In this document: one piece after another, positions 36,713 through 49,200 of the stretch
Layout: the number at the start of each line of letters is the position of its first letter
How positions within the stretch are numbered: the first letter of the stretch is position 1
Source of the DNA: Lingula anatina
Lineage: Eukaryota; Animalia; Brachiopoda
Direction: 5' to 3'
NCBI GenBank assembly: GCA_051362555.1
Contig: JBPQGU010000016.1
Coordinates: 4,588,001 to 4,652,000 of the forward strand
Length of the DNA stretch: 64,000 nucleotides
Made by a program: the position numbers and the translations under genes
Notes under the pieces: model-generated
What the model was told of the DNA's origin: nothing
Databases searched by the model: none
What the model saw: only the letters and a program-made list of their open reading frames with translations

Positions 36713-38373
36713 CTTTATATCAAAGGATCAATTTATTTTAATTATGATTTTAATGAGACATTTTCAAACATATCAGAATATGCAGTTCTAAGTTTTGGGT
36801 GGAGGAGCAAATTTCATTGTTCCCATTTCAAAAGTGTGTCAAGATCTCTTATATTTCCGTTTTAATTTAAAATTGAAGTGTTCGTCTGATGAGAAGGTCG
36901 TGAAATTTGAAACAATTTTCTCTAGCAAACCAAAAACCTTAGAATATGGACTTATATTAAATTAAGAAAATTTTATCTGGGAGGATGAACTAATTTATAA
37001 ATAGATATTAAAAAACCCGTCTCACTATAAAAAATGTAGGACAGATTTTTAAAAAAGCAATATCGTAAATTCATACAAATTGTATTTATAAATGTGGGCT
37101 GTTGGAAATCCTGTAGATGTATTCTTAAAATGCTCTCAATTATTTACAAAATACTGGGCATATTAACAAAACTTTTAATCCTTTCGATTTACGACATCCT
37201 CTGTTACTGGAGAAATCATCAATCCCAAACACAATGCTTACAGATCAGTTTTAGCAGATTTAATTAGAAAGTGCTCAAACAATAATATCTTTACAATTTT
37301 ACCCCTAACCCTCTTTTATTATTATTATTAATATTTTATCATCATTTCATATGGAAGTGAATAAGAAAACAAGGAATGACAAACGTATTTATTCAATTTT
37401 AAAACAAAAGATGCATGGATGTGCGTAGGGTTCCAGAGGGTGAATGACAGGCTTGGTTGCCTGCAGCCAGGTGCCGTGCAGTTCTCAGTATCTCAGTGGA
37501 CTTCTGAAATGAGAAAGTAATGTTAACAATATCTGACTTGTCCATAGTTCAGGCTCAGATAGCACCCCAAAAAAACAATCGATTCTATGTTGCCTAACGC
37601 CACATTTAAGACCTGAAGTTAGTAATAAAGATATTTCAGATATCTTGCTTTGAAAAAAAAAAATTGAAAACACTCCTCTAGTTTGTGTAGGTTATCACTA
37701 TTTATTTATTTTACCTACTATATAAAGTTGTAATATCTAAAATCGCTTTGCATCACGCGTTTGGGAACCATATTTCGCTTTAGAATAAATCATTTCCCCG
37801 TGTTTCAACACTGCTTACAAGCATTTTACAGGTACATGTATAATAAAATTAACAAACCTACTAAAACTGACTATCGTTCATGGGGCACGCTTGTCTTAGG
37901 ATCAAAAGCTCGGAACTGTGACAACTACGGTACCATCATGTAAATATGTCCGTGATCTTTGTGGTAATATGCCCATTTACTAATTTGCTAAATAATATTT
38001 TGAGTGGCATAACAGAAACGACAGGCGACAGCGACAACAAAGAGTAGTAACATACCCGTAAATACTCGTCGCAAATTTCTTTGCATTTTTCTACTCTCTT
38101 TCTATCAACTGACATACGATACTGAAGAAAAAGTGCTACTTACGAAACATGCATTTGCTTCTACGCCTCATACGACTGCGTTGCGACTGCACCCGCACGT
38201 TGAACATTGCGTCTTCACCTAGCTGTGTCCTACTGCCTACTGAGCATTCGGAAATACAGCTCGCACTACGATGAGCAAGTAACTGTTATGCAAATTACAG
38301 ACAGGCATGGCTCATTTCAGGCGAGGGACTGTGGTTGAAACTGTTCACGAATGTTCACGGTCTAATACATGTA

Positions 38374-38646
38374 CATGGCGGATAAAGAGGGAGTGTCAGG
38401 GGGGATCCAGACCCCCTCCTCCCTTCGATTTCTGATAAAAAATTACACCCAAAATCTATAGCTGAATAATAGTTATAAACCGTATCAAATGGAGATATTT
38501 TCCCTCTAAAACACCCTTTTTCGTGGCCCTCGAGCGTGCCCCAGACATAACTCCAAAGGGGTGAGGGTCGGCCTTGCACTCCGAGGCCTTGTCAATCCGT
38601 AAAAAAAACACCACCACCCTTCCAAAAAATCCTGGATCCGCCCCAG
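38374..38646. mobile_element. MITE with GGCGGAT...ATCCGCC termini (~270 bp)
   Basis: CATGGCGGAT...GGGGGATCCAGACCCCC ... AAATCCTGGATCCGCCCCAG, embedded in a TACATGTA context. Confidence 0.7.
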
Positions 38647-39099
38647 ATGTACATGTGGATTTGACTTATTCATTCACACATTAATTGATCAATAAGACCA
38701 CGGGCGCTAATATACATGTATATTCCATAATACTGTAAAATGTATTCATAAATTACTGTTGTACGCGCACCGATACTCCCCCTCGTCGTTATACAATTTT
38801 CATACATAACTGTCATTGTAACTCAACGATATTATATTTAAAATAGGCCATGTAAATTTGAAAAGCTGTCGCTAGGATCGAGGCCTACCAATGAAATCTA
38901 AATATTTTCAAGAACTTTTACTGGGCATAAATACGATTTAACCCGATTTATCAAAAGCCTATTGCCACCTCTATATCTCGACTTTTCAATAAGAAACTAG
39001 GTAGCATCTAAAAGCTTAAAGCTTCAAAAATTTTGAGACCATAACAGAGTCAGCCAAGGGCACGTTTCGGTGCCACATTTGATTACGTCATGATGGATA

Positions 39100-41460
39100 T
39101 TTACAGGTGAAGGACCAGAACAGTCTGTCGGAAACAATATAGAAACAAGGAGTCTGTTGTAACTCATTGGTAGAAATAAGAGACTGAATTTGATCTGAGG
39201 ACCAGGATAGATCCGTAAATGACGCGTGTCCCATTCACTGTTCCTGAATTCTAAAATCTAGAGTAAAAATATGTACTTAAGCATTGTAGCAGGACGTAAA
39301 CCAATCCACTTCAAGAGGACCCCATATCTTATCAAAATGTGAGAATAATTCTTTAGAAATACCCCAATTGTCAACATCCACACTTCTACTTATATAATCT
39401 GCATGGGTATTCTCTTCTCTCAGTATCCTTTCATTTCTATTGAATAACTCCATTAGAAGAAAAACATCTAAAATAATAGGTTGTAATTTACTCCTCATGC
39501 TACTTTTTTCTTTAATGTTTACAACATCTTTGCTATCAGAAAACCACTTCAATCTCAAAACACTCAACGTGTTTGCCATGGAGAACAGGACCCTGAAAAC
39601 AGCTATCAGTTCTCTGTAAGTAGAGCTCTCCGTCGCTTCGTCAGCTGACCATTCCCCGCAACACACCCTTTTAGGTGTCTCAACAAAATGTCCTCTAAAC
39701 CCAGTACTACTAGCATCAGAATAAACTACCTTATTGCACTGAGGTGAAAACTGTAAAATTCTGATTTACTACACCAAGGTCTAATTTGACTGCATGCTTT
39801 CACACACATTTTCTGATTCTAAGAAAAAGCACTTGAAATAACCATGCTAATATAATTTGTCATTAGTTGCGTTACACTTCCCAACACATGAGACATAGTA
39901 TAATCCGACCGACATAGCCAGACCTCTGCTCACTTTCGTGCGAATATAATGTCAGATCTCTTAGCACTTGCTAATCTAATATCAAGAACTTTGATTTCCC
40001 CAATACTAATATCTATTTCGATGCCTATAAATGCCAGACTCTGTACCTACGACCAAATAGTATTCTCATATATTTACATAAAACCTGACTTAGCAATATC
40101 ATCTTTGATCTCAGCACCCTGATGCTCCAATCTATCTATGTTACTGCAGTACCACAGACCGTCATCCAATTACATCGAACCATTCTTTGATTAATTGCCA
40201 AGTCAATTTTGAAAAAAATATTAAGTGCTAATGATAACCCAAATGGAAGAACTAAGAATCAAAAATAAATCTGCTGATCTTGAATTTTCCATGAAAAACC
40301 TCAATAATCCGTATGAGGATAATAGATATCTAGATGTTGATTAGCTGAATCAAATTTAATCAACCAACCACACAGTTTCATAAACATAAGAGCCGTTCTC
40401 AAATGTCCGTAACTACCAGACTGCTTACAGACATGTTTGTTTACTTCTCGTACATCTAAAATCAATCTATTTTTTTCACTGCTATGCACTGCTTCTGTTT
40501 AAGGGTTATCAACAATTGGTTGTTTGCTACACCTTTTAATCAAACGCATCTTTTTCAATCCAAGAATAGCTTTTTAACAAAAAACTTATTTTTCAATGGT
40601 GAAAGCTGTTATCTTTCCTCATCCCACAGGGTGTTGCTATAAACGGAAATTTATAACCATTTTTATCAAGTCTAGAATAAAAAATGAATACCCTACTTCT
40701 TCCCAAAAACTTAAATTGGTTCTTAACCTACTTTTCACGGGTATGAATTTCTGATTTTGCTCATGTTCATAATTATGCAACTCTTGATTGAAACTAACGC
40801 ACTCATACATGTACCGGGTACTTATCTATTTTTCAATGCTTCCGCCTTCTTCCCCATTCCAGATGTTCCCTTATCTCTGGGGTTGGACTCTGGTAGAATA
40901 ACTTTCCCCTCTGTAAGTTGGTCACTCAAGCATGAAATGGCCCTTTCCTCAACAAGCTAAGCAAAGTCACGACCCGCTGCTGCGATAAAGACTTCTCCGC
41001 TGAGAAGTATCGCCCACCACACCTATCGGTCGGTCTGCTGATATAACCTTATTTTTTTGGCTCCCTTTTTGTTTTCTTTTATTTTCTTTGTAGCTCTCTC
41101 GCTCTCAGAATCACAAGCAAGAGGATTAACAGTATGTTCCTTAACAGTGTCGAAAGTGTCAGCAATTCTGATAAGTTTGTTTCTCTTGCCAAGACTGTAA
41201 GGCACTGTCAGTTTGTTCACCACAATAATCTTATTTTCAAATACTGTTGAGTCAAATTGCTGGTGATTACCTTCTATTTTCCAAGATAAATATTGTCGAC
41301 TTTCAGTTTTTACCGGCTTCGGCATTAAATGTAGGCAGTCTATGGTCGAAATAGTCTTTCGTCTCTTTCTTTTTACTTTCCATTTTTTTCATTACATCAG
41401 CCAAGGAAAAGTGTTCGCCTCCACTGGACTCATCAACCATGTCGTCTACGGAGTCGTAAT
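39100..41460 (-). mobile_element. Second decayed DIRS-order retrotransposon: gag, RT and RNase H remnants (YR not seen)
   Basis: Minus strand. Gag-like EGNHQQF..KRNKLIRIAD..NPLACDSE (41023-41325). RT KNRLILDVREVN, VLPFGLS, M*LDDG (~40160-40177). RNase H VYSDASSTG, ESSTYRELIAV, WFSDS, REENTHADYISR, then WGPLEVDWF. Confidence 0.87.
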
Positions 41461-42056
41461 CATAAGCGTGTTAACAGTACCGTGTCAATCGCCTAAATGA
41501 CACGAAAACTCCCCTACATCAATCCCGCCCTCTTCTGGCGTGTCATAACCAGAGAGAAATTAATTTCACTTTAATTCCTCTCGTCAACCGATTGAAATTA
41601 TATTTCTATTGACTCGCTACATCGAGCTGGACGTGACGCAGTTAAGGTGGTACAGGACAAAAGATTTGTGCCAGTGGTGGATTTAGGAGGGTCGGTGGGG
41701 GCGGGGGGGGGGGGGAGTTTCGACCCCGACTGAATTTTTATAAATATAATGTACATTTTTTTTAGAAAATCGAACTCCCCTACACTCGATAAAGTCAGGT
41801 TTGCTTATTTCTCAAATTCGTTCCAAGGGTTCGTTACTACTCCACTCGTTTAATTCAATACATCAGGTGATGGTCGTCGGCGTAACACTGATTACTGTCT
41901 CATAAACAAAGGTGGCTGACCGTGATTCTTACTTCGCGTTAAAGGGTAGGTACTTTAATATTTATAAAACTTAAGTTTAAAGCTTAAATGCACAAACTAT
42001 GACACAAATGCCAAATATGTAATTAACCTGTGTCCACCGAGGTCCATTGGTAGTTG

Positions 42057-42271
42057 CAGTGGCGGATTGGGAGGGGGGGGGTCAGGGGGTCCTGACCTCC
42101 TCCCCTTCAGTTTCTAAAAATAATCACACCGATGGTCCCCTTATGAAATAAGTATTTTCTCTAGCCGAATCATAGTTCTAAAAAGTACCAAATAGCACCG
42201 TTCGCCCTCTAAGATAAGGGTCGGTTTTGCATCCGTGGACCCCCCTTTAAATAATCCTGGTCCCGCCCCTG
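42057..42271. mobile_element. MITE with CAGTGGCGGA...CGCCCCTG termini (215 bp)
   Basis: CAGTGGCGGATTGGGAGGGGGGGGTCAGGGGGTCCTGACC ... GGACCCCCCTTT..ATCCTGGTCCCGCCCCTG; same architecture as 38374-38646. Confidence 0.72.
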
Positions 42272-44649
42272 GGTTGGTCGCCCTTGTAACCTACAGCAGG
42301 TAAGTGATTCTTGCTATTGTCTGTTTTTGATAATCGCGTAAGATATCAATCAAGTTGTTGTATTTGTAGCGGCAAAAGGTTTCAATCTAACGCTCTTAAT
42401 GGCTAAAATTAATCTGCAAACCACGTGCACTTAGTGCAACTGGAAATTTTAAAAGGTGGCGATTTTATCATGAGCCGCGCAACTTTGCAACTTTTCTATC
42501 TCCAAAACTAGCAGAGATATGCCCATAATCACTATTGAACTTGAATAGGCAGTCATATGCTGACAATCTGTGTTCTTGAAATTGAGCTTTGACCTACTTT
42601 TTGCCATGAACTGCACTTCACAAATTTGAATTTAAACTTTTACTTTTCCTCATGATTTTGTTTTAAATGGTAATTTTCAACAAAACTATTTAGAACTTTT
42701 GCTTACTGCATGTAGAGCTTGTCAAGCACAACACTGGAGGTGGTGTCCCTTTTTTCACTTTTCTATACGAATGAGCTTACTCCAGCTGGTGGTACAATAC
42801 CCTCAGGCGGTATCACCTCTCTGATCCTCTAGTTTTCATGGTTTTTCAAATTCATGCTTCATTTGACAAGATAAAGTGGCGTAATAAACAAAGCATTTTG
42901 TCCTGTCACACAAGTATGTTATTGCTTTTTAACCTCATTCACGGATCGTTGTGGAAATGAAATTAGGGGGTGTGAAAAATACATGGTTACCTAGAAATTC
43001 AGTGTTCAGACCAGGCTTTCACTTACTGCCTACCAGCTTGCTGCTTACTTTTTTAGTTTTTCTTACATTTTAGTTAAACATGTTTCAAACAACAAAAGCT
43101 CTAGATATTATAAAGGTTTGACAAACATTTTATTTCGAAACTTGTACATGTACCAGTTAAGTTTCCGTTTTGCTGATTATGTGACCATCTCCATAAATAG
43201 AATAGGCCTGCATTGGTGCACATGGACGCGGTCGCAAATTACAGTGGAATGCTTTTTTTTTCGAACAAAATTAATACACATTGCTAAGTTTAACTAGAAA
43301 AACAAATATATAAATGGGCATTCAAGGTGTGTTTACATTATCGCTAGTAGAGTCCGAATTACTGGTTGCCTATGTGTGGACGAAAACCGCAGTGAGCCAT
43401 CCTGAAGTATGTATAATTTCTTTATTTAGTATTCTTTACTGAGAAATGGACCATGTAATGCTAAATGCCATCGAACTTTCAGCTGCCTTCAAATAGTGCC
43501 TCTACCCCCTACATCTAAACAGCCATACCCGAGTATGTCGTGAGATCATCTTAGATGTAGTCTGACAAGCGACTTTGCGGCATAAATCTTGCATTACTAA
43601 TCATCATGCATCGTTATTTTATTTGATTTAATTTTAATGAATATTAATTCAATTAATTAATTCAATGTTAAAAATGAACCGTTCCGTCCACGTAGAAGCG
43701 GGGTCAATAAAAACTAACCACCTAGTCTTCGAAATCCTGGATTCGCCCCTGAGAGCTGTTCGTTATTGATTTCTTAATAACGATCTTGCTGCATACTGGC
43801 AATAAACACAATCGGATTTGTCATCTATTTTTAAGGATTTATGATGTTACATTCAAGTTGTAATTTTTTCTGTCCTAGATTTCTATTACAAACAGAACCG
43901 TAAAGAAAAAACAGTAATTTAAGCGCATTATACTGTAGGTGTTCAGTCACTGAACCACTGAGTGGTTCCTACAATCGCCCAAGGACAGCGTAAATTGTAG
44001 AATCTCACATTTCCAGGAGGACAAAGGCGGCAATTTCTCGCTTAAACAATTTTTTTTTTTTTGTTGTTGTTGTTTCAATTTCTTTTACGAATAGAGTGGC
44101 CCCTGAAGAAAAGATTACGTCGTCTTTGCTATCTTCTGTTAAAAACATACTTTTAGTAAAATAATTAATAAACAAATCAAGAAGAAGATGCACATATTGT
44201 ATACAGTAACCACTGTTGAAGAACGAAGTGAAGTATACAGATATTTCTTAATAATCACAAAGCCGAGCTGCATACATATTAGATCGACTATGTACTTTGT
44301 TACTAAGCAGACCAACTTTAGTAATTCCCTTAGTTTTCCACAATATTTCTAATGAAATGTGTCACTTTTGGGTCCCAAGAGGGTGGTGCACTTTCGGAAA
44401 AATAGTATTTCGAGAGTTTTTAGATCAATCATTGTGTTTTGTTGGTAGCAGTTTTAACCAATTGCAAAGGCTGTGAGAGAGTATCGTGGCAGCTGGAGCT
44501 TTAAGATGCGGGTGAGGTCGATGGAGTGTAAGGGGTAGTATAGGCCTATCGGTGCGAGGGAGTAATGGTGCGGAGGAGTATCAGTGCTGAGACGGAAAGG
44601 GATCATTCACAATAATTGTCTAAACATATCAACATCTCATCATTAAATC

Positions 44650-44895
44650 CCCAAAGTGCATCTTTATAGTACTTCAAAAAGCTCCTCAGGGGTTTGAGGT
44701 TGGGGAGGGGGATGGAAAAATATTTTTTTAATTCACAAGAAATATTTAAAAAAAAAAAAAATAACAATTTACTTGTGGATGGCTAGAAAAAACAAAACAC
44801 ACCTTCCTGACATCATTATTTTAATTATTTTAAAAAGACCCAAATTTCATCTTTATATTATTTCAAAAAGCTCCCCAGGGGCTTGAGAGTGGGAG
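44650..44895 (+). repeat. Diverged direct repeat, period ~190 bp (2 partial copies)
   Basis: CATCTTTATAGTACTTCAAAAAGCTCCTCAGGGGTTTGAG (~44659) vs CATCTTTATATTATTTCAAAAAGCTCCCCAGGGGCTTGAG (~44848). Confidence 0.7.
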
Positions 44896-46299
44896 CTGGA
44901 ATTTCATCCCGTGGGAGTTCCAAGTCTCACGAAGAAAATGCTAATATGTGAAAAAAAATATTTTGAAAATAATAATAATAATAAATAATAATAATGATGA
45001 TAATTAAATAAATAAATAACTCTCAGAAAAAGAATGCAATCAGTTCAGTTTTCTAACTCAAGCTGTATTTCAGTCCAATTTACCTTTTCTGTAAGATTGA
45101 GATCCATGAGTAACATGGTTTTACTTAAATTGTCATCAGTGTTCAAAATGGGGTTTCTTTAACTTTGACAAAATCAGCCCAGATCATCATGTGAAATGTG
45201 ATTTATGTGAAATGTGTTCAAAATAAGCATTAAAACCTGTCTTTATAGATATTGGTGTTTGCTTTTAAAATCTCATTTGAGGCAGGAGTGGGGCATCCAG
45301 ACAAAGTTGTTCATTTAACTAATATGCTGACAAAATCACATTACCTCATAAAGACCCAAAATAACAACATTGTGCTTTTAACCCAAAACTTGGGAAATCT
45401 GCCAAATTTGCGTAAGCACCCTCAAGTGGAAATAGCAAAAAAAAAAAAATAATAAATAAATAAATAAATAAATAAATAATGATAATAATTAATCAATGAA
45501 TGTTCATTCATTTCTCATTATTGCCAAAATACAAAATGTGGAAATCTTTTCAGAGTTTTTGTTCACAAGGAAGTATCAGTTCATAAAAAATGCACACTCA
45601 AAGTTAATTAAGCCTTCTCTAATAATTGCAATAGTCGTTTTTCTAATTTCCAAAAAGAGATTTCAACATGATTTTAATGCATGGACTTATGGCTGTTTTT
45701 TCTTTTTAACTTCCAGATTAAGCTGCTGGTTTGTACTTTCTATACCAAGGGTTTGAAGACCCACTATGCAAGTACCAGAACCTGCTATAGACAGTTGTCT
45801 TGGAGCCTCCAGAACACTTGCAATCCATACCCCTATCATCAAGGGGTCATTTCTTCGATGACATGCTGCGGCGTGGGGCGAGTACCTTAAAGACTTTGAT
45901 GCTTTTGGACCTTTAATATATTGTCCATACTGACTTACATCATACTAGTCCTTGGAAGGCTTGGAATACTTGATTTGACCCTTTGACACCGGTTTGCAAA
46001 GCTAAGACCATTTCTTTTTAATTTGACTGATGACTTGTAAAGCACTCTTCAAACTCTTTGGTGCTCCTGTGCTGTAAGTAACAGGATTCGTTTGATAGCA
46101 CAGGCAAGGTGTCTCGGGAACAGTAATGGCTGCTGAAATTGCTGGAATAAAAAAGACAGACAAACTGAAAACTTTTGTTCTAAGTTTTAAAAAACTGATA
46201 CGGTAATTATTTTTAAAAAGGACTATGTATATAGGAAAGGCATCATAAAATTCGATAAATTAAAGATAAAATAATAATATAGCAGGAATCTGTATAAAT

Positions 46300-49200
46300 A
46301 GTTTTTGCTCTATTTCTTCCATAATGTTGACACCACCACTCTTCCAGCACTTTATTCTTACTACAAATGACCGAACATACCTACCTGACACTATAATGAA
46401 GAAAAAAAAATTTCATCCCTACCTGGCCAAAATTGAAGAAATCTCACAGTGCCGGCACTGTTCAAAATCACTCAAAATCACCAAAAATCGACCCGTCTCC
46501 GATTTTTCCAAAAAGTGACGAAAATCAATCTACCACACCTGTCATTCATAAAAAATGTGGAAACGCGCCCGGGTCACTTCATCAAGGCCCCCAATTCTAG
46601 CTTTAAAGATGATCCAAAAATAAGCTCTGAGAACAGAATCTGAGAGGGGGGGGGGGAGACAGAGTTTTTGCTCTATTTCTTCCTTAATGTTGACACCACC
46701 ACTCTTCCAGCACTTTATTCTTACTACAAATGACCGAACACACCTACCTGACACTATAATGAAGAAAAAAAATTTTCATCCCTACCTGGCCAAAATTGAA
46801 GAAATCTCACAGTGCCGGCACTGTTCAAAATCACTCAAAATCACCAAAAATCGACCCGTCTCCGATTTTTCCAAAAAGTGACGAAAATCAATCTACCACA
46901 CCTGTCATTCATAAAAAATGTGGAAACGCGCCCGGGTCACTTCATCAAGGCCCCCAATTCTAGCTTTAAAGATGATCCAAAAATAAGCTCTGAGAACAGA
47001 ATCTGAGAGGGGGGGGGGGGGAGACAGAGTTTTTGCTCTATTTCTTCCTTAATGTTGACACCACCACTCTTCCAGCACTTTATTCTTACTACAAATGACC
47101 GAACACACCTACCTGACACTATAATGAAGAAAAAAAATTTTCATCCCTACCTGGCCAAAATTGAAGAAATCTCACAGTGCCGGCACTGTTCAAAATCACT
47201 CAAAATCACCAAAAATCGACCCGTCTCCGATTTTTCCAAAAAGTGACGAAAATCAATCTACCACACCTGTCATTCATAAAAAATGTGGAAACGCGCCCGG
47301 GTCACTTCATCAAGGCCCCCAATTCTAGCTTTAAAGATGATCCAAAAATAAGCTCTGAGAACAGAATCTGAGAGGGGGGGGGGGGGAGACAGAGTTTTTG
47401 CTCTATTTCTTCCTTAATGTTGACACCACCACTCTTCCAGCACTTTATTCTTACTACAAATGACCGAACACACCTACCTGACACTATAATGAAGAAAAAA
47501 AATTTTCATCCCTACCTGGCCAAAATTGAAGAAATCTCACAGTGCCGGCACTGTTCAAAATCACTCAAAATCACCAAAAATCGACCCGTCTCCGATTTTT
47601 CCAAAAAGTGACGAAAATCAATCTACCACACCTGTCATTCATAAAAAATGTGGAAACGCGCCCGGGTCACTTCATCAAGGCCCCCAATTCTAGCTTTAAA
47701 GATGATCCAAAAATAAGCTCTGAGAACAGAATCTGAGAGGGGGGGGGGGGGAGACAGAGTTTTTGCTCTATTTCTTCCTTAATGTTGACACCACCACTCT
47801 TCCAGCACTTTATTCTTACTACAAATGACCGAACACACCTACCTGACACTATATGAAGAAAAAAAATTTTCATCCCTACCTGGCCAAAATTGAAGAAATC
47901 TCACAGTGCCGGCACTGTTCAAAATCACTCAAAATCACCAAAAATCGACCCGTCTCCGATTTTTCCAAAAAGTGACGAAAATCAATCTACCACACCTGTC
48001 ATTCATAAAAAATGTGGAAACGCGCCCGGGTCACTTCATCAAGGCCCCCAATTCTAGCTTTAAAGATGATCCAAAAATAAGCTCTGAGAACAGAATCTGA
48101 GAGGGGGGGGGGGGGGGAGATAGAGTTTTTGCTCTATTTCTTCCTTAATGTTGACACCACCACTCTTCCAGCACTTTATTCTTACTACAAATGACCGAAC
48201 ACACCTACCTGACACTATAATGAAGAAAAAAAATTTTCATCCCTACCTGGCCAAAATTGAAGAAATCTCACAGTGCCGGCACTGTTCAAAATCACTCAAA
48301 ATCACCAAAAATCGACCCGTCTCCGATTTTTCCAAAAAGTGACGAAAATCAATCTACCACACCTGTCATTCATAAAAAATGTGGAAACGCACCCGGGTCA
48401 CTTCATCAAGGCCCCCAATTCTAGCTTTAAAGATGATCCAAAAATAAGCTCTGAGAACAGAATCTGAGAGGGGGGGGGGGGGGGGGAGACAGAGTTTTTG
48501 CTCTATTTCTTCCTTAATGTTGACACCACCACTCTTCCAGCACTTTATTCTTACTACAAATGACCGAACACACCTACCTGACACTATAATGAAGAAAAAA
48601 AATTTTCATCCCTACCTGGCCAAAATTGAAGAAATCTCACAGTGCCGGCACTGTTCAAAATCACTCAAAATCACCAAAAATCGACCCGTCTCCGATTTTT
48701 CCAAAAAGTGACGAAAATCAATCTACCACACCTGTCATTCATAAAAAATGTGGAAACGCGCCCGGGTCACTTCATCAAGGCCCCCAATTCTAGCTTTAAA
48801 GATGATCCAAAAATAAGCTCTGAGAACAGAATCTGAGAGGGGGGGGGGGGGAGACAGAGTTTTTGCTCTATTTCTTCCTTAATGTTGACACCACCACTCT
48901 TCCAGCACTTTATTCTTACTACAAATGACCCAACACACCTACCTGACACTATAATGAAGAAAAAAAATTTTCATCCCTACCTGGCCAAAATTGAAGAAAT
49001 CTCACAGTGCCGGCACTGTTCAAAATCACTCAAAATCACCAAAAATCGACCCGTCTCCGATTTTTCCAAAAAGTGACGAAAATCAATCTACCACACCTGT
49101 CATTCATAAAAAATGTGGAAACGCGCCCGGGTCACTTCATCAAGGCCCCCAATTCTAGCTTTAAAGATGATCCAAAAATAAGCTCTGAGAACAGAATCTG

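Noticed and set aside
18829-43153. Recurrent TACATGTA octamer as a regulatory motif
   Set aside because: About nine scattered copies with no spacing pattern; this palindrome is a common low-complexity motif in some invertebrate genomes, and enrichment cannot be tested here.
17098-46299. Whole island as one giant transposon (Polinton/Teratorn-like)
   Set aside because: No terminal inverted repeats, TSD, polymerase or capsid ORFs; the content is a patchwork of independent decayed elements.
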